Below the pieces are notes generated by a model. It did no database searches. It was not told where the DNA came from and saw only the letters and a program-made list of their open reading frames with translations. A program made the translations under genes and the position numbers. From Anaerolineales bacterium (lineage in GTDB: Bacteria; Chloroflexota; Anaerolineae; Anaerolineales; E44-bin32), in assembly GCA_023144145.1 (NCBI GenBank), contig JAGLGG010000102.1:1-40296 (forward strand): a stretch of DNA of 40,296 nt, read 5' to 3'. The stretch's first letter is position 1. Every line of letters starts with the position of its first letter. Of the stretch, positions 17,235-27,400 are shown in pieces.

Positions 17235-18341
17235 CTATTCGTCGATAGTGAAGTAGGTGTAGTGGTATTGGATGTAGCCCTCACGCAATCCAACCGTATC
17301 ATTGCCATCGGATACTACTCCATTATCGCTTATGGCGGTCCAGGTGAAATGCCTGGAATTTCCGCTACCACTTTTTCCGGTAAGTTCAAAGGTTGCGTTT
17401 GGCAATAGCTGCGTGAAAAAGACACTGTACCATTCCCGAACAGCATCTATCCCGATAACTGTACGGGCGCCGGTCACGTGTGCAGCGTTCTCATGGTAAA
17501 GCTCGGCAACATGAAGGTTATCTTTCTGGTTTAGGCGACCGATGAGTTTTTCGGCCACATCGGGTTGCGGTGGATCATAAGGCCAGTCATAGGCTGCAAT
17601 AGCCCCCCAAACATCAGACATCTCTTTACGTAATGCATAATCGAAGGACCAAAAATTCACCGCGGTTTGTCCTAACTCCCTAACCTTGTCCATGAAACGA
17701 TTTGTTTCATAAGCGGATGGCCTCCAATCGTTATTGCTGTACGCGGGTCCAGTCGAAATCATCGGGCGTACAGGATCGATCTGGCTGTATTGCTCAATGC
17801 ATCGTTCAATTTGTTGTTCAGGATTATGGGCCTGTTCGTAATAGACCTGTGGCATATTCAGATCACATTTCTCAAGAAATTCGGAGAAAGGAATTTGAGG
17901 GTGTTGAAGAGGATAACGATAGGAACTTAGTGCGATGATTGTTTTTGGAAGCTCACGCCGAAGCTCGTCCATAAATATTTTGGCGGCCTGGTTTTTTCCA
18001 GAATCTTTATATTCACGCTCTGCATCTATTACATAACCATCGAGATCAAGAGTCTGCATTCGGCTAATGGCTAGCGACGCCTCTCCAATCGGATCATCCC
18101 CTCTAACGTAATGCCAACCCCATGGTTGAATCCCAACATCTCGAAGTGCATTTCGAAGAGGAGTGACATAATCGATATCCTCTTCTTCATCGTAGTTGTA
18201 GATCCAATCAGCTCCATCAGCGATCTTTATGAGTATATGTGAGAGACCGGCTTCGACTGCTTTTTCAGCGATCGCTACTGGATCACCCCCCAATACTTGA
18301 GGAATTTTCCATAGAAAATAGCCCTTTCCCTTTATGGTCAT
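17235..18341 (-). CDS. Hypothetical two-domain protein: N-terminal TIM-barrel-like glycoside-hydrolase-like region plus C-terminal NTF2/SnoaL-like domain
   Basis: The N-terminal pattern (GYFLWKI..., GLSHILIKIADG, GWHYVRGDDP..EA, LDGYVIDAERE) is reminiscent of GH25-like hydrolases. The last ~110 aa have NTF2-like beta-rich features (VAELYHENAAHVTG...FELTG...HFTWTA). RBS GGAGGA lies upstream. Confidence 0.35.
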   Translation of the reverse strand: MTIKGKGYFLWKIPQVLGGDPVAIAEKAVEAGLSHILIKIADGADWIYNYDEEEDIDYVTPLRNALRDVGIQPWGWHYVRGDDPIGEASLAISRMQTLDLDGYVIDAEREYKDSGKNQAAKIFMDELRRELPKTIIALSSYRYPLQHPQIPFSEFLEKCDLNMPQVYYEQAHNPEQQIERCIEQYSQIDPVRPMISTGPAYSNNDWRPSAYETNRFMDKVRELGQTAVNFWSFDYALRKEMSDVWGAIAAYDWPYDPPQPDVAEKLIGRLNQKDNLHVAELYHENAAHVTGARTVIGIDAVREWYSVFFTQLLPNATFELTGKSGSGNSRHFTWTAISDNGVVSDGNDTVGLREGYIQYHYTYFTIDE

Positions 18342-18420
18342 TTTCTATCCTCCGAAAACAGTGATTTACGAATATATCGAACTAACAACGTTCGGCGATC
18401 TGGTGAAGTTCCTGGAATTC

Positions 18421-19593
18421 TTATTGCTTAAGATCAGGCTTCTTTTTCCCCTTTAATGTATTGGCCCGTCGAAGGGCATTCCTTCCATATTTGTTCCTGA
18501 TGCGGTCAATCGCAGCGAATAATCGATCGTCTTCTTCCCATGAGCGATCAAATAGATCCAATTGTCGAACGCGTTTTCCAAGATCCGCAACTCCCACACC
18601 AAGCAGCCGGACTTTTTGTCCGGGCTTCCAAGCATTTGAAAATAATCTTCTGGCTGCGCGATTAATTTCTGTATCTTGATCTGTCGGTTGGTCTAGACGC
18701 ACCTGCCTGGTAATTGTCTGAAAATCTGCCCAGCGTAATTTGATCCTCACTGTTGACCCAGCCAACCCCTTCTTTCGAAGGCGGCGGCCTAATCCTTCAC
18801 TGATGGATAGTATGATCCTGCGAAGTTCCACTTCGTCGGATATGTCCTGCTCAAATGTCCTTTCACTGGATATTGAGCGTCGTCGGTGTGTAGCTGCTAC
18901 CGGGCGCTCATCGACGCCCCGAGCCCTTGCTGCAAGTTCCAGACCACGCTCACCGAACATTTCCTTCAAACGTTCAGGCTCCAAAGCGGAGATGTCTCCA
19001 ATCGTCCTAATACCCACATCAAGAAGCCGATCACGAGACTTTGGCCCAACTCCCCATAGCATGTCCACCGCAAGGGGAGCCAGAAATTCTTCTTCCTTCC
19101 CCGGCAGAACAACAACCAAGCCTTCCGGTTTTCCGATTTCTGTTGCTATTTTTGCCACTAATTTGCTCGGTGCAACGCCCCAAGATGTTGGTAAACTGAA
19201 TTGCTCATTTATTTTTTTCTGAAGCTCCCTAGCCATCTGTTCACCGGTTTCCGGCGCATCGGAAATATCCAAGAACGCCTCGTCAATTGAAATCTGTTCA
19301 ACGATTGGGGCTGAATTTCTTAACAGATCCATCACTTTTTCAGAATATTCCGAATAATTACCATGATTGGAGGAAACGATCACAAGATCGGGGCATATTC
19401 GAACGGCTTGCGCTGTCGGCATCGCTGATCGGATTCCAAATTCCCTCGCTGGGTAGGAGGCAGAGGCAACAACGCCCCTTGCGCCAGGCTGACCTCCGAC
19501 GACGAACGGAACTCCTGCCAGGGAAGGATTACGAATAATTTCAACCGCACAAAAAAACGCGTCCAGATCAACGTGAAGTATCGTTCGCCTCAT
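18421..19593 (-). CDS. dinB: DNA polymerase IV (Y-family translesion polymerase)
   Basis: MRRTILHVDLDAFFCAVE, SIDEAFLD and GVGPKS motifs are present. The start at the ATG 19593 is preferred over the track start at 19617. Confidence 0.9.
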   Translation of the reverse strand: MRRTILHVDLDAFFCAVEIIRNPSLAGVPFVVGGQPGARGVVASASYPAREFGIRSAMPTAQAVRICPDLVIVSSNHGNYSEYSEKVMDLLRNSAPIVEQISIDEAFLDISDAPETGEQMARELQKKINEQFSLPTSWGVAPSKLVAKIATEIGKPEGLVVVLPGKEEEFLAPLAVDMLWGVGPKSRDRLLDVGIRTIGDISALEPERLKEMFGERGLELAARARGVDERPVAATHRRRSISSERTFEQDISDEVELRRIILSISEGLGRRLRKKGLAGSTVRIKLRWADFQTITRQVRLDQPTDQDTEINRAARRLFSNAWKPGQKVRLLGVGVADLGKRVRQLDLFDRSWEEDDRLFAAIDRIRNKYGRNALRRANTLKGKKKPDLKQ

Positions 19594-19660
19594 ATGGATC
19601 TTTATTTGACACCTCAAGTATCAACGATATAATCAAACCAGATTCTCTGGAGTATGTTCA

Positions 19661-19954
19661 GTGAGTTCACAAACGAATCAATCCTCTCCATCAAGCATGG
19701 ATGCCATTCCATCAACCAACCGGATCACCGATTTTTCATTGCATCCGGCAGCCAAAGCTTTGGAGCGCTTTAAGCAAAACCCGCGTGTGAGCCGCGTGCG
19801 CCTGATTGTACCGCACGACGCATGCCCTACATGCCGTCAGCTCGAGGGTGAATACGATAAGGATGACGTCCCAGAGCTACCGCTGCTGAGTTGCTCACAT
19901 CCCCTGGGTTGTCGCTCGTTTTATGAGCCGATGCTCACAGAGATTTATCCTTAA
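19661..19954 (+). CDS. Small hypothetical Cys-rich protein
   Basis: 97-aa ORF with a GTG start after GGAG. The motif CPTCRQLEG-x18-CSHPLGCR suggests a metal-binding knuckle. Confidence 0.4.
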   Translation: MSSQTNQSSPSSMDAIPSTNRITDFSLHPAAKALERFKQNPRVSRVRLIVPHDACPTCRQLEGEYDKDDVPELPLLSCSHPLGCRSFYEPMLTEIYP

Positions 19955-19981
19955 CCATTTTAATCAATTCGCATCAGCAAT

Positions 19982-21499
19982 TTAGTTTTCTGGCAGATCC
20001 TTTTGGCGTTCTTTAATCGTACGTGCAAGAGAAAGGGCTTCAGATCTAGTTTTGATCTTTCCTATGGCTTGAGCTTCACGCAACGCCTCAAGGATTTCCC
20101 CGATAGCCGGCCCTGGTGCAATATCCAATTCAATGGATATTTCATCTCCCCTAAGGAGAGGTTTGTGGATCAATGTCGCGCTTTGTAAGGCAAAGTATCC
20201 ACCTAGCAAGTCTCTGGCGATTTGGATCCGCTCTCCCCAAAAATCCTGATCTACAGGCGGAACTCCCCTTCCCAGTGCGTTTGCTAATGAAAGCAGGAGT
20301 ATGCCTGGGGCCGCATCCGTTGTATCTCTCAAAAATCGGTAGACCGATCGTTTTGTAACTTTCCCGCCTTTTGCTAACGTGGCAGGTCTCAAATGGCCTT
20401 CTACGACATTGCTAGCCCACTGCACTTCATTATTGCTCAACCGCAGATCCACGGCCTTGGCTTTGAGTATCTGTGCACCTTCCAATTCGTGTCCAAAGAA
20501 CTTGATCTGGTCACCCTCAATTTCCATGGCGCTTGGTTTTCCCGAATCATGATAAAGGGCTGCCAGGTAGAGCAGTTGACGCATTGACCTTCCCTGGCTC
20601 AATTCGATGTCCAAACATTCGTTCAGGCCTTCCCGGAAGCGTCCTAAACGCAAGGAGAATTCACCCAGAGATAATTGTGATGCTCCTTCAGGATCATAGT
20701 CCCGTGCAATAACGGTGATAAGACTTCCAAGCCCTTCAACGACCGATAGCGTATGACGCCACACGTCAAAGTCATGTGGCAAAGATTGCTGAACATTTTT
20801 CATCGCTTCCAGTTCAGGAAATACTTGCTTGACTAGATCGAGATGGTCCATCAGTCGGATTGCGCTAATGGGGCGTGGAAGTGCAAATATCCTAAATACT
20901 TCGTCCCGAATCCGTTCCACAGATGTGGATGATAGTTTCTCGATCGATCCGCGTAACAAGGCTAGAGTGTCAGATTCGATTTTCCCTTCAATCTGGATGG
21001 CAAACCTTACGATCCTTAGAACCCGAATTGGGTCTTCCGAAAATGCTCCTGTAGAAACGGCTCGGATTATGCCATCTTTTATATCGATTAAACCTTGAGT
21101 TGGATCAATGATTTCCTGGGGGTTGTTGAGATCAACTGCTATGGAGTTAATTGTAAAATCACGTTTTCTCAAATCATCTTGGATTGAAGCGCCTCGCAAG
21201 CGGGCAAAGTCGAAGAGAAATCGTCTTTTACGATCATCGATATAGATCACCCGCCCAGTATCCCGTTCGGAATCGAGATCGAAGTAGAATGCCCCCAATG
21301 AATCGGCAAAGCCACGTGCGATCTTGCACGCATTATCTGCAACAGCAAAATCGTAATCCACAGACTCAGCATTCAAGAACTTATCCCGAATTGCTCCACC
21401 AACCAACCAAATACTCGCCTCCCCCATCAATGGGAGAAGGCTTTCAAGAGCCCATTCTGGCAACCAATCAGTTGATGGGGATGTGGTCATCGCACTCAC
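19982..21499 (-). CDS. cca: CCA-adding tRNA nucleotidyltransferase / poly(A) polymerase family with a C-terminal HD domain
   Basis: LVGGAIRDKFL and DYDFAV nucleotidyltransferase motifs and YHDSGK (HD) are present. The GTG start overlaps the hpt stop (GTGA). Confidence 0.8.
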   Translation of the reverse strand: MSAMTTSPSTDWLPEWALESLLPLMGEASIWLVGGAIRDKFLNAESVDYDFAVADNACKIARGFADSLGAFYFDLDSERDTGRVIYIDDRKRRFLFDFARLRGASIQDDLRKRDFTINSIAVDLNNPQEIIDPTQGLIDIKDGIIRAVSTGAFSEDPIRVLRIVRFAIQIEGKIESDTLALLRGSIEKLSSTSVERIRDEVFRIFALPRPISAIRLMDHLDLVKQVFPELEAMKNVQQSLPHDFDVWRHTLSVVEGLGSLITVIARDYDPEGASQLSLGEFSLRLGRFREGLNECLDIELSQGRSMRQLLYLAALYHDSGKPSAMEIEGDQIKFFGHELEGAQILKAKAVDLRLSNNEVQWASNVVEGHLRPATLAKGGKVTKRSVYRFLRDTTDAAPGILLLSLANALGRGVPPVDQDFWGERIQIARDLLGGYFALQSATLIHKPLLRGDEISIELDIAPGPAIGEILEALREAQAIGKIKTRSEALSLARTIKERQKDLPEN

Positions 21500-22053
21500 T
21501 CAGGTAGAATGAACTTACCTGGATGAACGACTCCCACAAAGGGCAAGTTCCGATAGTACTCGTCGAGATCAAGTCCATAGCCAAATACGAATTTGTTTGG
21601 GATTTCGAAGCCTCGATAGTGGATAGGTACTTCAGATTCACGTCGTTCTGCCTTATCAAGCAATGTGCAAACTTGCAGGGAGTTTGGACCTCTCGTATTC
21701 AGCATGGCGAGCACAGATGCGATAGTATTGCCGCTATCAATGATATCCTCAACAAGCAAAACATCCTTTCCTGCAATGGAGGAGGTCAGATCCAGCGCGA
21801 TCCTCACGTTCCCAGCAGATTCACGCGTGCCTGCGCCATAGGAAGAAATAGCCATAAAATCAATCATATGGGGAATCGTTAGAGCACGCATTAAATCGGT
21901 CAAGAACATAACCCCGCCCCGGAGTATGCAAATAAGCAGTAAGTCTTTTCCTTCATAATCCTTACTGATTTCTGCTCCAAGTTGCTTAATACGCTCTTGA
22001 AGGCGTTCTTCGCTAATCAGTACTTCCTGAAGGAATTCTTGATAATCTTGCAT
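21496..22053 (-). CDS. hpt: Hypoxanthine phosphoribosyltransferase
   Basis: MQDYQEFLQEVLISEERLQERIKQLGAEISKDY... and the PRPP-binding motif VLLVEDIIDSGNT are present. The ATG at 22053 lies 2 nt after the tdk stop. Confidence 0.9.
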   Translation of the reverse strand: MQDYQEFLQEVLISEERLQERIKQLGAEISKDYEGKDLLLICILRGGVMFLTDLMRALTIPHMIDFMAISSYGAGTRESAGNVRIALDLTSSIAGKDVLLVEDIIDSGNTIASVLAMLNTRGPNSLQVCTLLDKAERRESEVPIHYRGFEIPNKFVFGYGLDLDEYYRNLPFVGVVHPGKFILPE

Positions 22054-22055
22054 AA

Positions 22056-22631
22056 TCAATCCCTTGGCACTTCGTGATGCGTTCGGCATCTTGCTTCGTA
22101 GAGTTCGCTCGCACCCACGACAACGATTGGATCATCATATCGAGCAGGTTTCCCATCAATCAAGCGCTGTGTGCGTGATGCAAGACCACCACAGACCATG
22201 CAAATTGCATTTACCTTAAACACCCGCTCCGCGCGTGCCATAAGTATCGGCATTGGACCAAATGGTTCTCCTCGAAAGTCTGTGTCCAAACCACCGATGA
22301 TTACACGCAACCCTCGATTTGCCAGGGCTTCAGCTACTTCAGAAACCTGCGCGTCAAAAAATTGAGCTTCATCGATCGCGACCACAGTAGTATCATCGTC
22401 AATCAGAGGAAGAATTTCCGCCGAAGATGAAACCGGCGTGGCTTTGAATTGCGTACCGGCGTGAGATGTAACCTCTGATACAGAAAATCGATTGTCGATT
22501 ACTGGTTTAAATACTTGGATTTTTTGACGCGCAATTTCTGCACGTCGTAATCGTCGAATTAACTCATCTGTCTTTCCACTGAACATTGACCCTGTGATGA
22601 CCTCGATCTGACCGGTCTCATGGCGCATCAT
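22056..22631 (-). CDS. tdk: Thymidine kinase
   Basis: P-loop [15 protein letters not shown] and the C-terminal Zn motif CMVCG...ARC are present. Confidence 0.9.
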   Translation of the reverse strand: MMRHETGQIEVITGSMFSGKTDELIRRLRRAEIARQKIQVFKPVIDNRFSVSEVTSHAGTQFKATPVSSSAEILPLIDDDTTVVAIDEAQFFDAQVSEVAEALANRGLRVIIGGLDTDFRGEPFGPMPILMARAERVFKVNAICMVCGGLASRTQRLIDGKPARYDDPIVVVGASELYEARCRTHHEVPRD

Positions 22632-22760
22632 GTCCCTCCTACTTATTATTTCTAATTTACTGGGTCAACGGTCACCTTCCACAGTGTACACCACACTCTC
22701 TTCGAGGCAAGCCAATCACAGAATTGTGCGCCATCCTTCATGTATGGGACATCTTGGCAC

Positions 22761-22807
22761 AAATAAGAAAGAGGTTGTTTGGAGCAGACCTGCTGCCTTC
22801 AACAACC
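22761..22807 (-). terminator. Terminator of the rplU-rpmA-rpmE operon
   Basis: The minus strand forms a long imperfect hairpin (outer arms GGTTGTT/AACAACC, inner AGCA-GGTC-TGCT). It is followed by CTCTTTCTTATTT. Confidence 0.55.
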
Positions 22808-22860
22808 CCTTCATCATTTGATGAATTTATGGTTCTTAAACCTATCCCGAAGTTTCCTTA

Positions 22861-23334
22861 TTATGAAGCGATTTCTGCTTCCGCTTCGGGCAACAAAAAT
22901 CCCTGCGATTTCATGCGGCGCTTTAAATCAGCAAGGCTTTTTCTTCCAAAACCATCGATCGCCAGTAACTTTTCATCACCATCAACCAGAAATTCCAGCA
23001 CCTGACCTACATTTTCGACACCCGCTTTGCTTAATGCAGATAATGCTCTTTTCCCGAGATCAAGTTCAGAAACTAAAATATCAGGTGAGGTGAGATCGGC
23101 GATACGCTCATCCTTCTCTTTTATATAATCTTCACGTGCTTGAAGTTTTTTATAGAAGCGATCGACTTGTCCTTCCGTGTCGACGATGCGCTGCTCACCA
23201 GTATAGAATGGGTGACATTCAGAACACACATCCGTATGGATTAGCTCGACCGTCGAACCAGTCACCCAGTTGTTGCCGCAAACACAAACAACCTTCGCTT
23301 CAGAATAAAATTTCGGCTGAATAGCCTCTTTCAT
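22861..23334 (-). CDS. rpmE: 50S ribosomal protein L31 (Zn-binding type) fused to a C-terminal RNA polymerase alpha-CTD-like helix-hairpin-helix domain
   Basis: Residues 1-68, MKEAIQPKFYSEAKVVCVCGNNW...DVCSECHPFYTGEQRIVDTEGQVDRFYKK, are canonical L31. Residues ~84-148, PDILVSELDLGKRALSALSKAGVENVGQVLEFL...LLAIDGFGRKSLADLKRRMKSQGFLL, follow the alpha-CTD pattern (E. coli: [23 protein letters not shown]...[26 protein letters not shown]). One uninterrupted ORF. Confidence 0.8.
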   Translation of the reverse strand: MKEAIQPKFYSEAKVVCVCGNNWVTGSTVELIHTDVCSECHPFYTGEQRIVDTEGQVDRFYKKLQAREDYIKEKDERIADLTSPDILVSELDLGKRALSALSKAGVENVGQVLEFLVDGDEKLLAIDGFGRKSLADLKRRMKSQGFLLPEAEAEIAS

Positions 23335-23426
23335 CCTACCAATTCCTTTCGTCAACTTTGGGTCTGAACTCTCGGATTGAAACCCAGAATTCGTTCGACC
23401 TTCGTTGAATTCAAAGGGCTTTAGTT

Positions 23427-23690
23427 TCAAGCTTCTCCTGAGGTGATCACGTTCACACGTTTTCGTCCACCGCGTGCGAAATCGAACATGACAACACCCT
23501 CGACGGTTGCAAAGAGCGTGAAATCCTTACCTTTGCCCACATTTAATCCTGGGTGGATTTTCGTGCCCCTTTGGCGCACAAGAATATTGCCGGAGAGCAC
23601 ATGCTCACCACCATATTTCTTTACGCCCAGGCGTTTTGATTTGCTATCGCGACCATTCCTACTGGAACCGCCACCTTTCTTGTGTGCCAT
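23427..23690 (-). CDS. rpmA: 50S ribosomal protein L27
   Basis: [29 protein letters not shown]...[15 protein letters not shown] matches L27. Confidence 0.95.
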   Translation of the reverse strand: MAHKKGGGSSRNGRDSKSKRLGVKKYGGEHVLSGNILVRQRGTKIHPGLNVGKGKDFTLFATVEGVVMFDFARGGRKRVNVITSGEA

Positions 23691-23710
23691 TAAGCCCTCC
23701 TACCCCGTCC

Positions 23711-24196
23711 CTAAGAACTGGTCTCTGATTTCTTGGTACTTGGTTTTTTCGCAGTGGTAGACTTCTTCCTCGCACTTGATGCCGCAGCCTTAGCAGATGT
23801 AGATTTTGCAGAAGCTTGAGTCACCTTTTTCTTATCTGGCGGCGCCTTCTCCTCACTCTGCTCTGCTTTCTTTCTGGGACGAGCAACAGAAATTTTATCG
23901 ATCTGTACTTTGGTGTACCGTTGACGATGTCCAATCCGACGCCGGTAACGCTCCCGTGTTTTGTACTTGAATACTAAGATCTTAGGTGCTTTGAATTGGG
24001 ATACTACCTTCCCCTTAACACTCGCCCCTTTAATTGTAGGAGTGCCGACTGTGACCTTAGAGTCCTGCACCAAAAGCAAGACATCTTTCCATTGAACTGA
24101 ATCACCTTCAGCTTGAGGAAGGCGATCCACATCAATGGTTTCACCCTCTCTTGCGACGTATTGCTTTCCTCCGGCTTCTATAATTGCGTAGTTCAT
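23711..24196 (-). CDS. rplU: 50S ribosomal protein L21 with a ~55-aa Lys/Ala/Ser-rich C-terminal tail
   Basis: [26 protein letters not shown]...[28 protein letters not shown] is L21. The tail is [56 protein letters not shown]. Confidence 0.9.
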   Translation of the reverse strand: MNYAIIEAGGKQYVAREGETIDVDRLPQAEGDSVQWKDVLLLVQDSKVTVGTPTIKGASVKGKVVSQFKAPKILVFKYKTRERYRRRIGHRQRYTKVQIDKISVARPRKKAEQSEEKAPPDKKKVTQASAKSTSAKAAASSARKKSTTAKKPSTKKSETSS

Positions 24197-24303
24197 TTTT
24201 TCTCCAACTTCACTTCACCAGTGCACTCGCGATATACGCCAGCCGCCGGGGAAGATGGGGATTCACAGACCCGCCCCAGCCTGAGGGCGGGGCAGGTTGA
24301 AAA

Positions 24304-24332
24304 ATTATACTCGTGCCATATTATGCTGTCAA
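24304..24332 (-). promoter_or_regulatory. Consensus sigma70-type promoter (TTGACA - 17 nt - TATAAT) for rplU-rpmA-rpmE
   Basis: Minus strand reads TTGACAGCATAATATGGCACGAGTATAAT. It predicts a leader of about 100 nt before the rplU ATG at 24196. Confidence 0.65.
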
Positions 24333-24487
24333 TGTACGAACTTTACAGTCGTTCCGACATAAATTTCTACGGATATTTCATCCTGGCAGATGGTATGCAA
24401 GTGTAATCTGAGCCGGCATGTTTCACTTGCACCAGTGCAGTTGCGAAGCAAGTGCATTCTGTGCAGGCGTTCTTTGCCTGCTCAGAC

Positions 24488-27400
24488 CTAATCCGCAGCA
24501 ACAGCCTCTAAATCGATTTCCATTTCCTCGAGGTCTGGTTCTCCATCGAGGCGGTCATCGTGAAGCACAACATCCTCCCCTGGGAAACCAGTTCCCGCAG
24601 GGATCAGCTTACCGATGATAACGTTTTCCTTCAAACCACGCAGATAATCAACTTTCCCTTCAATTGCCGCTCCTGCCAATACCTTAATTGTATGTTGGAA
24701 GGAAGAGGCAGAAAGGAAGGACTCAGTGTTGAGCGATGCTTTCGTTACACCCAGAAGGATTTGTGTCGCTTTGGCCGGCATCTTTCCCTCAGCGAGAAGT
24801 CGTTCATTGATCTCTTTCAGATACAGGCGATCGAGCATGTCACCAGGCAGCAAATCGCTGTCTCCAGCGGCAGTAATCTGGATCTTCGACAGCATTTTGC
24901 TAATGATCACATCAAAGTGTTTATCGTTAATGTTCTGACCCTGTGATCGATAGACCTTCTGGACTTCGGTTAATAGGTAGATTTCACACTCTTCCCGACC
25001 TTTGATTCGTAGAATCCTATGTGGATTTAGCGAACCCTCCGTCAGGCGTTGACCAGCTTCTATTCGCTCGCCTTCTTTGACAAGTAACCTAGCGCTGGCT
25101 GGAATATCGTACTCTTCCTCATCAAGCTGGTCATGCGCGACAACGACTCTACGTTCCTTCACACTCACTCGACCTCCGTGAGTTGCAATGATCTTTGAGT
25201 CTCCGCGCGTGCCGATGATTACACCCTCTTCAATCTCTGATGCATCTTCAACTTTTAGCGACCAGTTGCCGGGAACGTGATATTCATCTTTGACCAGACG
25301 ACTATCAATCACTCGGACTACACGTTGTCCATCCGGTGTATCTGGCATCATTACTTGAACAGTGCCAGCAATCTCCGAAGTGATTGCCTCTCCCTTGGGT
25401 TTCTTTCTGGCTTCAAACAACTCCTCGACCCTTGGAAGACCTGTAGTGATATCACCGCCAGCGGCGACACCCCCAGTGTGGAAAGTTCTCAGTGTAAGCT
25501 GTGTTCCTGGTTCTCCGATTGACTGGGCCGCGACGATGCCTACGGCGGAACCCAATTGCACTGGGTTGCCGCGTCCAAGATCCAATCCGTAGCACTTTAC
25601 ACAGAGGCCAAAGCGAAGTTCGCAAGTCAACGGTGAACGGACGAATATTTCCTGAACATTGCTAAGTTCGAGTTCTTCAGCCAGCTCTCTCTTGATAAGG
25701 TCGCCTTTCTTAGCAACCACTTCCCCAGTTTCAGGATCTGAAACTCTTTGGGCAATATAACGACCAAACACGCGGGATTGAAAATCCTGGTCCGCGACAT
25801 TGCTAGAGCGGCGGATCCATTGTCCTTGATCAGTCTCACAATCGTCAGAATTTATGATCACATCCTGAGCGACATCGACCAATCTACGCGTCAAATATCC
25901 AGCATCCGCCGTACGCAGGGCTGTATCCGTAAGACCTTTACGTGCTCCGTGGGTTGAGATGAAATATTCCAGTGTGGTTAATCCATCTCGGAAGCTAGAA
26001 CGAATTGGAAGTGGAATAATGCGTCCGGCTGGGTCGGCCATTAATCCACGCATTCCAGCCAACTGAGAGATCGGTCCAAAACCACCCTTGGTCGCACCGG
26101 AAATCGCCATCGAGCTCAAATTTCCCGTTGGATCCATGTGCAAACGGACTTCCGTGGCAATGTTCTTGGTCGTCTCCTGCCAGAGATCAATGATCCGCTC
26201 TTTTTGCTCTTGTTCGGTTAGCAAGCCGCGCTGATAATCTTCACGAACAGCTTCTGCAGCTTCAAGCGTTTTTGAGACGATTTCGTGTTTTGTCGGGGGA
26301 ACTGAAATGTCCGAAATCGCAATCGTTGTTCCGGATCGCGTCGCAAAAACAAAACCGATATCCTTGATGGCATCCACGACTGCAGGAGTACCCTCTTCAC
26401 GTAATAGATGGTAAATTTCTCCGACCAATTCTTGGATTTCACCTTTGTCTAGCGTTCGGTTCACGAATTGCAATTCATGTGGGAGCACTCGATTAAACAA
26501 TGCTCTTCCCACCGTCGTCTCAATGACCTTCATTTCCGGCTCGTCCAGACGTTCATTTTCCTCGTTGTACCAGGTTAGACTCTCCAACCTAATAGGTGTA
26601 TGGACCTCCACCTGACCCAGATTGAAGACCATCTCAACTTCATCCATATCAGAAAATGCTCGTAGTTTCTTTTTCTTCACCTTTCCATCAAATGACATCG
26701 TAAGATAATAAACGCCCAAAACCATATCCTTGGTGGGGCCAACAACTGGTTCACCATCTGCAGGTTTCAGGAGGTTTTTGGTTGAAAGCATTAACTCACG
26801 TGCCTCACGAACCGCATTTTCAGAGAGCGGGACATGTACCGACATTTGATCCCCATCAAAGTCAGCGTTGAACGCTGAACATACGAGGGGATGTAGATGA
26901 ATGGCCTTGCCCTCGACCAGAACGGGTTCGAAGGCTTGAATGCCAAGACGGTGGAGAGTGGGAGCGCGGTTTAAGAGCACTGGACGATCTAATATTACCT
27001 CTTCCAATACCTCCCAAACCTCCGGTCGTTGGCGCTCAATAATGCGCTTCGCACCTTTTACATTGGCAGCATAGTTGTATGCAACCAGTTTAGAGATTAC
27101 GAAAGGTCGATAAAGCTCTAAAGCCATGTCTTTCGGCAATCCACATTGATCGAGTTTTAGACCCGGACCAATAACGATGACCGAGCGTCCGGAATAATCC
27201 ACTCGCTTTCCAAGAAGGTTTCTCCGGAAACGCCCTTTCTTTCCCTTTAGCATGTCGCTAAGTGATTTCAACTCTCTTCGCCCACGCCTTGAAAGAGCTT
27301 TGCCGCGCTGCGCGTTGTCGATCAAAGAATCTACAGCTTCTTGGAGCATACGCTTTTCGTTGCGGATGATGACGTCCGGTGCGCCTAGCTCGACCAACCT

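Noticed and set aside
23335-23430. 32-codon N-terminal extension of the L31 ORF, starting at a TTG that overlaps the L27 stop.
   Set aside because: The canonical L31 N-terminus MKEAIQPKFY begins at the ATG at 23334 with a nearby AAGGAA. The extension has no L31 similarity. The alternative start cannot be fully excluded without proteomics.
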